64,000 nucleotides of DNA, taken from assembly GCF_006345805.1 (NCBI RefSeq), contig NW_021836149.1, positions 149,022 through 213,021 of the forward strand, given 5' to 3'. The stretch is from Octopus sinensis (taxonomy: Eukaryota). The notes beneath the pieces were generated by a model. The model made no database searches and was not told the DNA's origin. It saw only the letters and a list, made by a program, of their open reading frames with translations. Below are positions 11,633 through 25,631 of the stretch, one piece after another; the first letter of the stretch is position 1; every line of letters starts with the position of its first letter. Made by a program: the position numbers and the translations under genes.

Positions 11633-11894
11633 TTAATTACATTTTTAAATGTAATGCTTATTTATTCACATCGTTTTGAATTAATCACACACTTTCTTGT
11701 AGTTTTGAGATTTAAAGGATATGATTACTTATATTTAGAATAACATAAAACTGGTTGAATATTTGGATCCGATGTGGCTGGCTTAAATTCTAAAGAATTA
11801 AGAACTATCATCGAACAATTAGAAATATGCATGCACACACACACTTACACAAACATGGATGTACTAATATATAAATACATGTATGTGTGTGTGT

Positions 11895-12276
11895 GGAGGC
11901 GCAATGGCCCAGTGGTTAGGGCAGCAGACTTGCGGTCATAGGATCACGGTTTTGATTCCCAGACCGGGCATTGTGAGTGTTTATTGAGCGAAAACACCTA
12001 AAGCTCCACGAGGCTCTGGCAGGGGATGGTGGTGATCCCTGCTGTACTCTTTCACCACAACTTTCTCTCACACTTTCTTCCTCTTTCTGTTGTACCTGTA
12101 TTTCAAAGGGCCGGCCTTGTCATTCTCTGTGTCACGCTGAATATCCCGAGAACTACGTTAAGGGTGCATGTGTCTGTGGAGTGCTCAGCCACTTACACGT
12201 TAATTTCACGAGCAGGCTGTTCCATTGATATCGGATCACCCGGAACCCTCGTCGTCATAACCGACGGAGTGCTTCC
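11895..12276 (+). mobile_element. tRNA-derived SINE, family D head with tail X
   Basis: GGAGGCGCAATGGCCCAGTGGTTAGGGCAG head with TTTGATTCCC B-box-like motif; tail shared with the element at 28112-28424. Confidence 0.85.
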
Positions 12277-12499
12277 ATCCATGTGTGTGTATTTGTATGC
12301 ATATGTGTCTGTGGCGGGGTTTAAAATGTTTGAGTGTATGTGTGTATGTGTTTGATTGTAAAAATTTTTCCCTCTTCAAGCTGGTTCTAGTGAAATATAA
12401 TCTTTTGAAAGTATAAAATTTGCTTTTGAAGTTAAGTAAATTTGATTTTTGAACATTCAGAGATGTAAGTTGTTGCTGATTAAACTTAGATCAAACTTG

Positions 12500-12700
12500 A
12501 TTGAAGAGACTTATGATCAAAGACAGCTATGGCAACCCCCTCTTTATTACAGACAAGAGAAAAAGAAGGAGAAACAAGGATACTATGACCAACTGTGGCC
12601 AGTCCATCTTCCCATGTGGTCTTTGTAGTAGAACCTTCTTGACCCAAATTGTACTCAGTGGGTATTAGCAAGCCTACAATAGACATTCTGCTCCTTAAAA
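12500..12700 (+). mobile_element. Decayed LINE ORF2 C-terminus (RTE-like zinc-finger end)
   Basis: RRRNKDTMTNCGQSIFPCGLCSRTFLTQIVLSGY resembles the CxxCxR-F-S-IGL-xH terminal motif of RTE ORF2. Confidence 0.45.
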
Positions 12701-12858
12701 ATTCTTTTGTGAATGGTATAGAGTGTGGAGTATTTGACCATTGATGATGGTGAGAAAAATCAATAGCAGCTGTGGCAGTTATGAAGATAAAATGCATTTC
12801 CTGCCACAAACCACACCATGGTAAAATAACAGGGAACCTGCTCCCAGGCAAACATTAA

Positions 12859-13078
12859 CCCTTTCGTTACTGTATTTATTTTGAGAGGCTCAGTGTTTTT
12901 TTCAATTACTTTAAATATAACAAAGAATTTAGTAAAATATCTTAGTTATCATTCAGCTAGTGTTAGGAACATAAATCGTGACTAAGGTTTGGTAGAAGAT
13001 CTTAATTCAAAACTTGTGAAAATAAGACATTTGTACACAGAGCCAGAGCCAGTTTTAGCCGGGTTAATAACGAAAGGG
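12859..13078 (+). mobile_element. piggyBac-type MITE (TTAA target duplication)
   Basis: TTAA-CCCTTTCGTTAC...TAACGAAAGGG-TTAA; 220 bp; same family as 32247-32693. Confidence 0.92.
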
Positions 13079-13199
13079 TTAAGGCAAGCAAAGTTATTAA
13101 ACAGTGCCTAAAACAAAGTTTGAACATAGTTTGTGAGATGAGTAGTCCAGAATTGTAATTCACAGCACTTTCTCCATTCCCATTTTCTCATTTTGTAGG

Positions 13200-13480
13200 A
13201 AACATCCATCCATCCATTTCTCTCTCCACTATTCCTGAAAAGGTTGTTATATTAGAGTTCACAAGCATCTACTCCTTCGGGTTTTGTCGAAAGCCAACAT
13301 TATTACACTTTCTTCCTAGATTCCCAAGCACAATCAGCTGAAACTAGGGATATTATGCAAACGTCTCATTCTTGGTCTGTTACCAGGTCTTTTGTCAGTT
13401 AGCATAGCTGGAAGAATCCATCTTGCAGTTGTTTCCTCTAGCATTCTAGTTACATATTCATAGCACTGGAGTTGTGACCT
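13200..13480 (-). mobile_element. RTE-like LINE 3' end
   Basis: YEYVTRMLEETTARWILPAMLTDKRPGNRPRMRRLHNI matches the GHV-RM...GKRPRGRP..RW.D motif; (GGAT)n-like tail near 13205. Confidence 0.7.
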
Positions 13481-14646
13481 TCCAATGTAGATCAATAGTA
13501 GTTCAACATGGAGAGATTCCCTGATCTCCAAGTTAATCATTTCAAAGATCTTCGGAAGCATCAATCATTGATATTAGATATCCTCTATCTGAAATCATAT
13601 GAAATTACATTTGAGTGTATGATAATTATACTTAAGAAAATAAATATAATATTTTCAACTTAATCCTACAAATATTCTTTGAAAGACAGGTTCAGTTTCA
13701 TTCAATCATTATTATAAAGAAGTTTAACATTTTTGTCACTTTTTCCCCTTAATAATGTTGATACTGATTATTTCAGAATTGTTCAACTAAATATATTTTG
13801 TAATCTTGAAACATAAATGTCAAAAGAAGTTACAATTACTTAATATCTGTACATTTTTTTTCTTTAGACAAACAAATTTATTTCACATTCATGTGTACAC
13901 ATAAATATCAACTTAAAATAGAATGACAGAGCTATGTAAAGAAAATAATGTTAATCTAGATCTGTCTTGGCATTTTAATTATTCACATATTTTATATTTT
14001 CTGATCCAATCTATGATGCTAGAAATATCTTCTTTTTAATAGTCATAAAAATTCTTATGTAAAGTAAGAAATTGAGGTATTTGCTACTTTATTGAAAGAA
14101 CAAAACTTTTCTATTTCTATACGAAAGACAGGCAAGAAAGTATAGTCAAGGTGTATGATACTGCATACTACAGAGAATACTGAAAGTATTTGATACAAAT
14201 TTGTATGGAAACTAGTGCATGAGAGGAAAGTTGTGCCTCAAAGAAATCAACTGATATTATCATAATCATAATAACTTCCACTTTTCTATGCTTATATGGA
14301 TCAGACAAAGTTTGTTGAGGTGGATTTTCTACAGCCGGATGTCCTTCTTGTTGTTAACCCTCACCTGTTTCCAAGTAAGGGAATATTTCCTCTTGACTTA
14401 AGATTGGAAAGATTGGGAATAAGGGATACTGCTTGCATGATAGTGGCAGCTATTCCTCGATGTGAAAACAAGGAGCCAATAAGACATGCACACACATATA
14501 TGTATATAGATATGTATGTATTTATATATCATCATCATCATCGTCATCATCATCATTTAAAATGTTTCTCATGCTGGTATGAGTTAGAAACTTTGACCAG
14601 AAGTGATAACTGGAGAGCAGTACCAGGTTCCAGTCATCTGTTTTCA

Positions 14647-14698
<52 letters not shown>

Positions 14699-14756
14699 GG
14701 TGCCCCAGCATGGCCACAGCTTGTGAGCTGAAACTAAATAAAATAAAAAATAAATA

Positions 14757-15138
14757 CAGGGTGCGGTGAATAAACTCTTATCTAAATTACACAAAAATGA
14801 AAATAACACTGACATCTCATTTTAACAGATGTATTTACCAACATTACAAAAATATATCTTGAAATACTAAACAGTAAATTTATTCAATAAAATCCCCATT
14901 GGTTTCCACAACGTTCTCCAGATGACTTCAGAATCTCCTGCAACTCTTCTGGACAGTCTCCTTGTTTAAGTTGGTGAATGCTGCCATAATCCTTGCCTTC
15001 AGTTCATCTTTGGTGTTACAAGGAATTTTGTTGGTCTCTCGCTCAACTGTGCCCCACACATAATAATCAAGGGGGTTGCAGTCTGGGGAGTTAGGTGGCC
15101 AGATGCTAGGGGAATGTGGTCACAGAAATTGTCTGCCT
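14757..15138 (-). mobile_element. Tc1/mariner-superfamily (maT/DD37D-like) 3' fragment
   Basis: DNFCDHI...WPPNSPDCNPLDYYVWGTVERETNKIPCNTKDELKARIMAAFTNLNKETVQKSCRRF; terminus TA-CAGGGTGCGG at 14755. Confidence 0.92.
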
Positions 15139-16438
15139 GGGTCAGTGAGGAAGCAGCCTTTTTAATCGCACAACCATGTCTGCACCCATAAACCCTACAG
15201 ACTGTTTGTGACGTCAGTACCTGAAAAGTCACTGAAATTCGATCTCACTGGGATCTCAGCTGGTATATAGCTAGGGTGTCTGTCTCTGAAGAGACTGAGT
15301 ACATTGAAATTGTGTGATCTTGTAGCTCTGGCTCCCATAGCTGACGATTTTCATTTGCCAATGATATAAATAAATGTGACTTTATGCCCCAGACATCCAC
15401 ATAAGATGTCCTCACAAGGTGGATACTGCAACATTTGGCATTTTACCAAAACACCGATGCCTAGCGAGATATAAAAACTAACTTTTGGTATTAATACTGC
15501 TTCTGTTGCTAATAAGAAAAGGTAGACAAGAACATTGAATAATGTGGTCCTAGGTTCGATGCATTTAGGAAATGGATAAGATGGTTATGGCTGGAATGCC
15601 TTTAACCATATATCTAATTTAGTAGAGCTGACATAGGGTTAAACAGCATTGACAAGAACAGTTTCTCTGAAGAGGAACATATTGTAAACTGAGTGAGTGG
15701 ATCCCAGAGTATTACAGGTATTTAATTTATTAACTGTAAATGATTGAAGTCAAACTTCAATTTGAATACAGAACTCAAAGATTTCAAATTATAGGAAGCA
15801 TTTAGTTCAGTTTTTATCCTCTAGCTTTAAATCTTAGTAATAAAATTAGTTCTCAAAGATATCAAGTATCAGCTCTGGAAGGTTAAATTTGGTCTTTCAT
15901 CTTGTCCATATAAACGAAATAAGTACGAATGATGTGATTAAAACTTTGTAAAGCAGCCAGAGGGATAACAATTTTTATCTGGAGAGTTTTGATGCCTGCC
16001 TTTGTGTTCAAAGGTTAATCATAACATTTTATTTCCAGTCTTGTCTAGGTGTTCTGAGTTTTCTGGATGACTCAGGAAAAAAATGTTGTCCACTGTGATT
16101 TTTCAAAAGCTATCGTTTTAAACATTGTCGTTTATAGCCTATCAACAGTTATCTGTGTAGTACATTCTTGTTGATAATATATTGAAAGAAAACCATTAGG
16201 ATTATAAGTGACTATAAAATGCCAATAACACAATATATAAATTACAAATACACAATCACACATACACAACTATAATATATACAATAAATACATATATGGA
16301 ATATTTGTGTATATTTACACATGTTAGTTTAGATATACACAACAATACACGTATTTAACTGAAGATTTACACATTTGTCCAGTTTTGTATCTGCTATTCT
16401 AACTTCAGTCTCACAAATTGCATTAAGTAATTCAGTTT

Positions 16439-16597
16439 ATATATATATATGTATATGTATGTATGTATATGTATGTATGTATATGTATGTATGTATATGT
16501 ATGTATGTATATGTACGTATGTATGTGTATGTATGTATGTATATGTATGTGTGTGTGTATGTATGTATATGTATGTATGTATATGTATGTATGTATG

Positions 16598-16637
<40 letters not shown>

Positions 16638-16712
16638 TGTATGTATATATATATATGTATGTATATATATATGTATGTATATATATATGTATGTATATAT
16701 ATATGTATGTAT

Positions 16713-16743
<31 letters not shown>

Positions 16744-16852
16744 TGTATATACGTATGTATGTATGTATGTATGTATATATATGTATGTATATATGTATGT
16801 ATATATGTATGTATGTATATATGTATGTATGTATATATGTATGTATGTATGT

Positions 16853-16886
<34 letters not shown>

Positions 16887-16921
16887 GTATATGTATGTAT
16901 GTATATATATGTATGTATGTA

Positions 16922-16952
<31 letters not shown>

Positions 16953-17195
16953 ATGTATGTGTATATATGTATGTATGTATGTGTATGTATGTATGTATGT
17001 GTATATATATATATGTATGTATGTATATATATGTATGTAATATGTATGTATGTATGTGTATATATATGTATGTAATATGTATGTATGTATGTGTATATAT
17101 ATATATGTATGTAATATGTATGTATGTATGTATATATATATATATGTATATATATATGTATGTAATATGTATGTATGTATGTATATGTATGTATG
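16439..17195. repeat. ~750-bp compound (TATG)n/(TA)n microsatellite
   Basis: Direct inspection; source of the seven overlapping low-complexity ORFs. Confidence 0.98.
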
Positions 17196-18080
17196 TACAC
17201 AGCACTTTACTACAGATCTACTATACATTTTACATATCAAAAGTAAGTCCAGGCAAACTTGGTGATACAAAGATAAAATTCTCTAAAACTCACCACAGAA
17301 AGTTATGCATAAGTTTATATCCACAAATTAGGATATGGCACATAATATAGACAAGAGAAGTCTTGTGACAAATATATTACATTATAAGTTGAAACATATG
17401 GCTTTGCTGTCCAGTATCAGAAATAGTTGGTTAATGTAAAAGACAGAGACACCTCCAAGCCACAATAGTGCAATAGAAAATGTTGGTTGTGTTAAGCTAG
17501 TGTAGAAGATATTACCAATATATTCAGCAGCTCAAACAATAATGAAGTATTCCCTTCCTATGAGGCATGATGTTAGCAAAAATAGTGCATAATAAAATTT
17601 GCAGAGAGACTTGTCCTGATGAATAGACCAAAAGCACTATTCATTGTGATTGCATTCACAAATTTAGTTACAGAGAATATTGGTAAATCATTCAAATATA
17701 ACACATCCACTGAGTGTAAAAAAAAAAAAAAAAAAGAAACCCAGCCCTGTTCAAACAACTGTCAAATCTCACATGATATTGCAATTATATGGAAAAAGTG
17801 TTCATAAATAAAAAGAGTTGTAACTGAGCTCCCCAGAAACACTAAAGAAAATAATATTCTAAATGGCCGCAGAATTGTTGTAAAATATAACATAGCAAAG
17901 ATCTGGAGAATAAATAAAGCACATATGAACAACACTCCATACATTAATATGTATCATTGCATTTACACTGATTCTTAAAAAAGAAAGGATACACTGGATA
18001 TTGTGATCCTAGATACACTGTCTGAAAAACAACATAACACGACTATGAATGGAATGTTTTTGATCAGAGGTTGTCTTTGA

Positions 18081-18666
18081 TTGTGGTTGACTTAGGGCTA
18101 CGAAACAATAACTGCAAAACATAATCCAACAGTGTTGGGAATTTTAAGCATTTGTTAAAGATGGCGAGCTGGCAGAAATGTTAGCACACCGGGTGAAATG
18201 CTTAGTGGTATTTCATCTGTCTTTACGTTTTGAGTTCAAATTCTGCCAAGGTCGATTTTGCCTTTCATCCTTTCAGGGTCGATTAAATAAGTACCAGTTA
18301 CGCACTGAGGTCGATATAATCAACTTAATCTGTTTGTCTGTCCTTGTTTGTCCTCTCTGTGTTTTGTCCCTTGTGGTTGACTTAGGGCTATGAAACAATA
18401 ACTACAAAACATAATCCAACAGTGTTGGGAATTTTAAGCATTTGTTAAAGACGGCGAGCTGACGGAAATGTTAGTGCACCGGGTGAAATGCTTAGTGGTA
18501 TTTCATCTGTCTTTACGTTCTGAGTTCAAATTCCGCCAAGGTCGATTTTGCCTTTCATCCTTTCAGGGTCGATTAAATAAGTACCAGTTATGCACTGGGG
18601 TCGATATAATTGACTTAATCTGTTTGTCTGTCCTTGTTTGTCCTCTCTGTGTTTTGTCCCTTGTGG
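18081..18666 (+). repeat. 290-bp tandem duplication containing a family C SINE and its 5' flank
   Basis: TTGTGG recurs at 18081, 18371 and 18661; the units are near identical. Confidence 0.93.
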
Positions 18667-18845
18667 GTAGTAAAGAAATAGGTATTTTGTCTGCCTTTAC
18701 GTTCTGAGTTCAAATTCCACCAAGGTCGATTTTGCCTTTCATCCTTTCAGGGTTGATAAATCAAGTGACAGTTGCATACTGGGGTTAATCTAATTGACTG
18801 GCCCACTCCCCAATAATGTCGGGCCTTGTGTCTAGAGTAGAAAAT
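18453..18845 (+). mobile_element. Family C SINE, dimeric form
   Basis: Monomer 1 ends GTGGGTAGTAAAGAAATAG and is followed directly by GTATTTTGTCTG..., a second body with a C2-type tail. Confidence 0.85.
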
Positions 18846-20377
18846 AACTTTAAATATTTGTTATTTTGAGTCAATAACTGGACTTTTATGAACTTGGTAG
18901 AAATGCTAGAAACAGCAGCAAAATCTCCCTCAAATTATTCTAACCATTAAAAACAAAGGGTATGTTGGATGTTTTCAATACTGCCTGAAAAATATATCAG
19001 GTTTGTTTGATCAGAGTGTCTTTGACAAAACAGGTTTGAAATAAGTTTATGAATTTATTCAAATGTTCATATTCATGGTTACTGATGTAAATAATTCAAA
19101 TAAACAGTTTTGACTGAATCTCAATTTCTGTCTAAATTGTACCATGAGAGGGGTATTTGGTGGCTGGAAATTGTTTCAAAGACCATTTTGTGTGTGTGTG
19201 TGTGTGTGTTTAAGGGAAAAAAAAAACACCTTTTATTTCAAACCCGTTATATTAAAGACACATTAGTCTTTTATATTTAGTTTGGAACAGTGGTATTTGG
19301 AAATCTATTAGTCCATTAATGCTTCAAGACATTCCCAATCGAATCCTCAGACTGATGGAATGGTAATAATATCCATTCACATATTTTGCAGCAAATCATA
19401 AAAGATTATGAGAATACTCTTGTACCGCATAAAATAAACAGTGCTATATTTAAAAATTAGGCAACACTTAAGTGCTGGTAGATTCCAAAATAATTTTACT
19501 TGCAATGCATCAGATTGTTAACTCATAGTTTATATTCTACTATTATCATAACTTCTATAGTTATTCTTCTCATTCTATATAATTCTATATAAAACACCAT
19601 TCTGTCAACTTATTTTCTATTTAATTTTGTTTTGTAGCCATTTTTGTAATGAGTTACTATAGCCCTTTTTCATAAATGCAGGCCAGTCAATGAGAAAATA
19701 TTACACTTGTGTATCTGATGTAAAAGTTTCACTCCTGAAGTTTAACAACTTACTTATATACATTAAAATTCATGTATTACATTGGTTGCCTAAAGCATGC
19801 TCTGTGGTTTATTAGTCTGTGGTTTCATGTCATTGCAAATATTTTTCATTCTGGTGTTTTTGTAATATATTCTCTCACACAAACTATAAGTTTGTAGTTA
19901 GGGTTAATACATATTGTATGCTAATAGCTTTACTAAATACTAATACTGCAGTTAAGTCTGTTGCATATTGTATTCTAATAGCTTTACTAAACACTTTACA
20001 AAAACTTTACTAAAAGCAGAAATACGCGCCGGACATTAACAGCCAAATATATCACACATAGAATAAAATGTGAAATCTATGAGGACTTAATCACTGTACA
20101 AAACTGGCTCTGGCAAGTTTGTTAGTTATAATAGTATTCTATGATCCTTTTAGAACCAAGTGGAAAGTAAGCAAACAACATGCTCTTATTACCATTACTT
20201 CATTCTGATATTGCAACAAGGACGATTTTGAAACTTTAATGAATTAATGGATTTAGGAACTCTATTGTTCCATACTAAACATAAAGAGAAATGGATGGAA
20301 TATGAAGAATCCTTAAAAAAAAGATCTAATTCAAATATAGTCATGATTTTAATATGACACACTAAAGCACATATATA

Positions 20378-21357
20378 CAGGGTGTGGTTGGTAAATTGTT
20401 GCTATTTATATTTTCAATTTTGCGCATGCACTGTGTTTGTTTTTGATTTTGATGACTACACAGTATAGTAGGATCAGTTGGGCACCATCAATGAGAAAAA
20501 CTATACCATGATGCAATTTACTCTGCCAGAAATTTGAAAATGACATGCTATACTGCTTGGCATTCACATCAGAAGCTCCAATATTAACATTTCAGAGTAT
20601 TTGAGTGTCAGTTTGATGACAGTGCAATTTGGGGACATGTACTGGGAGTGATAAAAATCAAACATCCAGTCAACAACATGGTGTTTTGAGTGATCACTAG
20701 TGATGGTGACTTTATGCCTCCATTCGTCTTCCCACAAACTGAAATAAATACAGTGGTTGATGTTTTCAACTAAACTTTTGAATATCTGAAACCAGTAAAA
20801 AGAATATACCATAGAGAGAGGCTGTGATTTATGATACTAATACTACTTTTATAATACCAAATGTAACTTCAGTTTTAATCTAGTATTCACCGAATAGATA
20901 TTTATTGTATATAGATGCAGAAGGTTACATATTTATAAGGAAATGGAACTGTGTAATGGTCAGGTTTTGTCTGGCAACAGGACTCTGCACCATGCCACAC
21001 AAGCAGGAGAAACCACTGATGGCTGGTTGACAATTTCTGCAACCACATCACCCCTAACTCCCCAGACTGCAACCCTCTTGATTATTATGTGTGAAGTGCA
21101 GTTGAGCACAAGACCAATAAAACTCCTTGTAACACCAAAGATGAACTGAAGACAAGGATTATGGCAGCATTCACCACCTTAAACAAGGAGACCCTCCAGA
21201 AGAGTTGCAGGAGATTCTGAAGTCATATGGAGGCCATGGTTGAAGGCAATAAGATATTTTTTTTGGTAATTTTGGTAAATACATCTGTTATCATGAGATA
21301 TCATTATTTATTTTCATTTTTCCTTAATATAGATGACAGTTTATTCCCCACACCCTG
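20378..21357 (+). mobile_element. Internally deleted maT/DD37D-like transposon with both termini, interrupted by a 233-bp insert
   Basis: TA-CAGGGTGTGG...CCACACCCTG-TA ends; KHPVNNMVF*VITSDGDFMPPFVFP before the insert and VWQQDSAPCHTS...SPDCNPLDYYV...KDELKTRI after it. Confidence 0.93.
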
Positions 21358-21379
21358 TATGTGTAAGCATGTCTATGCA

Positions 21380-21935
<556 letters not shown>

Positions 21936-23197
21936 GCATGCATGAATATGCACATACATATATGTATCTGAATATGTGTACCTATGTCTGCATTATGTAA
22001 AATAAAACAACAATGTTTTAAAAAGTTTGACCAGAGCTGTGAGAATAAGAGCCTTACTTAGCAATTCAATAAATATAGATTGTTAAAGTAAGTATCAAAC
22101 TGAAATAAATACAGTGGTTGATGTTTTCAACTAAACTTTTGAATATCTGAAACCAGTAAAAAGAATATACCATAGAGAGAGGCTGTGATTTATGATACTA
22201 ATACTACTTTTATATTACCAAATGTAACTTCAGTTTTAATCTAGTATTCACCGAATAGATATTTATTGTACATAGATGCAGAAGGTTACATATTTATAAG
22301 GAAATGGAACTGTGTTATGGTCAGGTTTCTCACTGAGGGGCTTTGCAACATAAACAGAAAAAGTATAGCTACAACTGCAAATCAAACTGTCAGTAATTCT
22401 ACTCACCAGGAGTTTACCTGTGTTCTTTATAGATGCCAATATAAATGACTAAATGTTATTAATTAACTTTATATTTAATTTCTTTCATTGTTAGATCTTC
22501 ACTCAGCTATATTGTTTGAGTTATATATAGAATTTTAGAAATAGCTTAATATGTCTCAAAGCACAAATTACGTGTAAATATACCAATAAATGAAAATCTC
22601 AATTGTATTATTAATATTGCTTCTCTTTGTTTTGATTTTGATAATATGGTTGAGTACTAAAAATATTGTATTCTATCCACTTCACATATTTTCTTTGCAA
22701 TTCTGCAATGATGCATAACTTTGTTTACAGACTATTTTCCCTAAAATTTCAGTCTGCTGTTTATGCTTAGCAAAGAACAATGCACGTTAATAACAATCAT
22801 CTTGTCTCCGATATTGATACGTTGGCCCCTGGTCGATTGATTGATCAATTCAGGATATGTTTCCGAGTTAGGAACATCAATTAACTTATCTGCAGGATTT
22901 GTCTACATAGGTGGTATTTCAATTTGATTGAGTAATGGAAAGAGAAAAGAAAAAAGTATACACACCCTACAAGATTGATCAATAACTATAGAACTATTCA
23001 ACTAGCAGTTTAATGAACAATTTGCTAATATGGTGAACTAAAAGTTTCATATGTCCTCATTTGTTTAGAAAAAATATGGCACATCATTATCATATTTGGT
23101 GTGGAGACCAGTTCTTTGTGAACTACATTGTTCATCCAGTTTCAGTTCTTAACCAGAAGTTTCTGTTACCTTATGCTATTAATATATATTGTGAAAT

Positions 23198-23610
23198 GCG
23201 GCGAGCTGGCTGAAATGTTAGCGTGCCGAGCAAAATGCTTAGCGGTATTTCGTCTGCCGTTACATTCTGAGTTCAAATTCCTCCGAGGTCGACATTGCCT
23301 TTCATCCTTTCGGGGTCGATTAAATAAGTACCAGTTATGCACTAGGGTCGATATAATTGACTTAATCTGTTTGTCTGTCCTTGTTTGTCCTTTCTGTGTT
23401 TAGCCCCTTGTGAGTAGTAAAGAAATAGGTATTTCGTCTGCGCGACATTCTGAGTTCAAATTCCACCAAGGTCGACTTTGCCTTTCATCCTTTCGGGGTC
23501 GATAAATAAAGTACCAGTTACGCACTGGGGTCGATGTCATCGACTTAATCCCTCTGCCTGTCCTTGTTTGTCCCCTCTATGTTTAGCCCCTTGTGGGCAA
23601 TAAAGAAATA
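23198..23610 (+). mobile_element. Dimeric family C SINE with a 17-bp target-site duplication
   Basis: AATATATATTGTGAAAT at 23181-23197 and 23611-23627 flanks a head, a body and a second body. Confidence 0.95.
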
Positions 23611-24296
23611 AATATATATTGTGAAATCCTTGAACATCACAAATTCTCATTTATTCTTCCATAAAAATCTTCAGATCCATGCCAATTTAAAAAAAAAACA
23701 ATGGCTTTGAATTGCTTTTACATAATCTTAAAAAAAAAACCCCTATGCTATTATGATTTCAAACAAGTATTTAACCTGAGATAATGTTTAACTAATAACT
23801 AATGTTTCAGGAAAACAAGTAAATTTCTCTGAACATTAAAAAAGAAAAAAAAAGCTCATTTCAGAAAATATCATCTTCTTTCCTTTCCTGACTGATTTAT
23901 ATAGTGGTAGCTTGATAAGATCAACGTCTGTTGAACTGCATAATTCCACAGTATATTTAACTGTAGCCAAAATAAGAGAAATAATAGAGGTCAAACGGTG
24001 AACTGGATAAAATATTGGACTCAAAGAATCATGACTTTGAATATTCTACTGACATTATTTCATTGTTTTTCAGAACAGAATACTATACACTAGATTGCTT
24101 TAATTTATCTGGTTATTGTAAATATGTATCAGGATTTTCAAATTTCTGCGGAATAGGAAACAGGACTCATTGTCCACCTTTTGAATCATGTATCTGAATA
24201 TTTCATTAGCACCAGTACTGAGCTATTTGTGTGTGTGTGTCTGCACATTTATTGGTTAAATTAAATGTATGCAACATGACTAAATAGTAAGAAGTT

Positions 24297-24570
24297 ATTT
24301 CACGCTAAGAGTTGCTGGAGCATGGAACAAACTGCCAGCATCAGTTGTTAGTTGTCGGAGCACTGCGCCCTTCAAAACTTCCATGCTTCCTGAGATTCGC
24401 CAACACTACACCTGATTTTCTTCCCTACATACACACGCAAGCATGTATCTGACTCATACACCGTTCACTTCCCAGACATTTGTACATTAATGCATATGCT
24501 TTGTATGCAGTTTCGACAAATTGTGGTACACCTGAGCACTATACATTAATTTCATTATTGTTATTATTAT
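24297..24570 (+). mobile_element. CR1-like LINE 3' end
   Basis: LRVAGAWNKLPASVVSCRSTAPFKTSMLPEIRQHYT* matches the RV...WN.LP..VV...S...FK motif, followed by a 3' UTR and (ATT)n tail. Confidence 0.85.
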
Positions 24571-24879
24571 AAGTTTGCTTCATAACCACGACTCAAGCCT
24601 CACATAGAAGTATGTCACATGAATTATACTTGTAATTTAAACGTTCAGCCTCATCATAGTGTATTGTGATGATTCCTTCAGAAAATCACATGAAATATAC
24701 TTTTGTTTGGTGAACATTTGAGCATTTAGTAGAATGACACAACTGAGTTCTTATCATCAAGACTGTCCAAGATCCATTTAGATTATTACTTCACAAGTCC
24801 TCACTGATACACCAAGTTTCTATACTATAGATGTTTTTCAAACCAACTGATAAGAGATATGGTTTTCATTGAGTCTTTT

Positions 24880-25248
24880 ATATAAAAGCACCATTTGAGC
24901 ATTACCAGCGTTGCCTTACTGGTACTTGTGCTGGTGGCACGAGAACAAAACATTCGAGCAAGGTCATTGCCAGTGCCGCTGGAGACACTCCTGTGCAGGT
25001 GGCACATAAAAAAAAACACCATTTCAAGCATGGCCGTTGCCAGTACTGCCAGACTGGCCCTCGTGCTAGTGGTATGTAAAAAGCACCCACTACACTCTCG
25101 GAGTGGTTGGCGTTAGGAAGGGCATCCAGCTGTAGAAACTCTGCCAGATCAGATTGGAACCTGGCACAGCCATCTGGTTCGCCAGTCCTCAGTCAAATTG
25201 TCCAACCCATGCTAGCATGGAAAGCGGATGTTAAATGATGATGATGAT
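24880..25248 (+). mobile_element. Family A RTE 3'-end copy with four modules
   Basis: Repeated AAAAGCACC motifs, then the standard end and (GAT)n tail. Confidence 0.88.
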
Positions 25249-25631
25249 TTCCATGGTCATTGCTCTGGTGAACTTTATGGTCCAGTAACCCTTCTCAAAA
25301 CCTTTAACTGTATCACTCACCTCTCTTCACAGGTGCAACATTACACTGTTGAGATTCCTGTTAGTCATATGTCTTTATATTCTAATAGCTTCTCTTCCTG
25401 CCCTGCTACTTTCTAGAACTAACTACCATTGTCTTGATTCCCTCTGGTCTATGAAATTCAATCCCTTAAGAATTCTGTCTATCAATATCTTTTAAATTTA
25501 TAGGTACCCATCTTTTTCTCCTCTGTAGTCCCTTTTTCAACATTGGCTAGATGTATACACTTTAAGATAGTGAAGTTTATCCCTCCTTCTCAAAATCTTT
25601 ACTTCTCAGAGCATTATATTCTATTAAATCA

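Noticed and set aside
11895-11965. tRNA genes at SINE heads (also 26977, 51708, 58542)
   Set aside because: A and B boxes are present but there is no complete acceptor stem, and each continues into a SINE body.
13165-13245. Very strong plus-strand splice acceptor
   Set aside because: It is the antisense of a purine-rich RTE 3' UTR.
15280-15320. CTGAAGA...GAAATT hammerhead-like spacing
   Set aside because: Helix II is poor and there is no helix I complement.
24074-24197. Plus-strand exon TEYYTLDCFNLSGYCKY...
   Set aside because: Good acceptor but no clear donor or recognisable homology.
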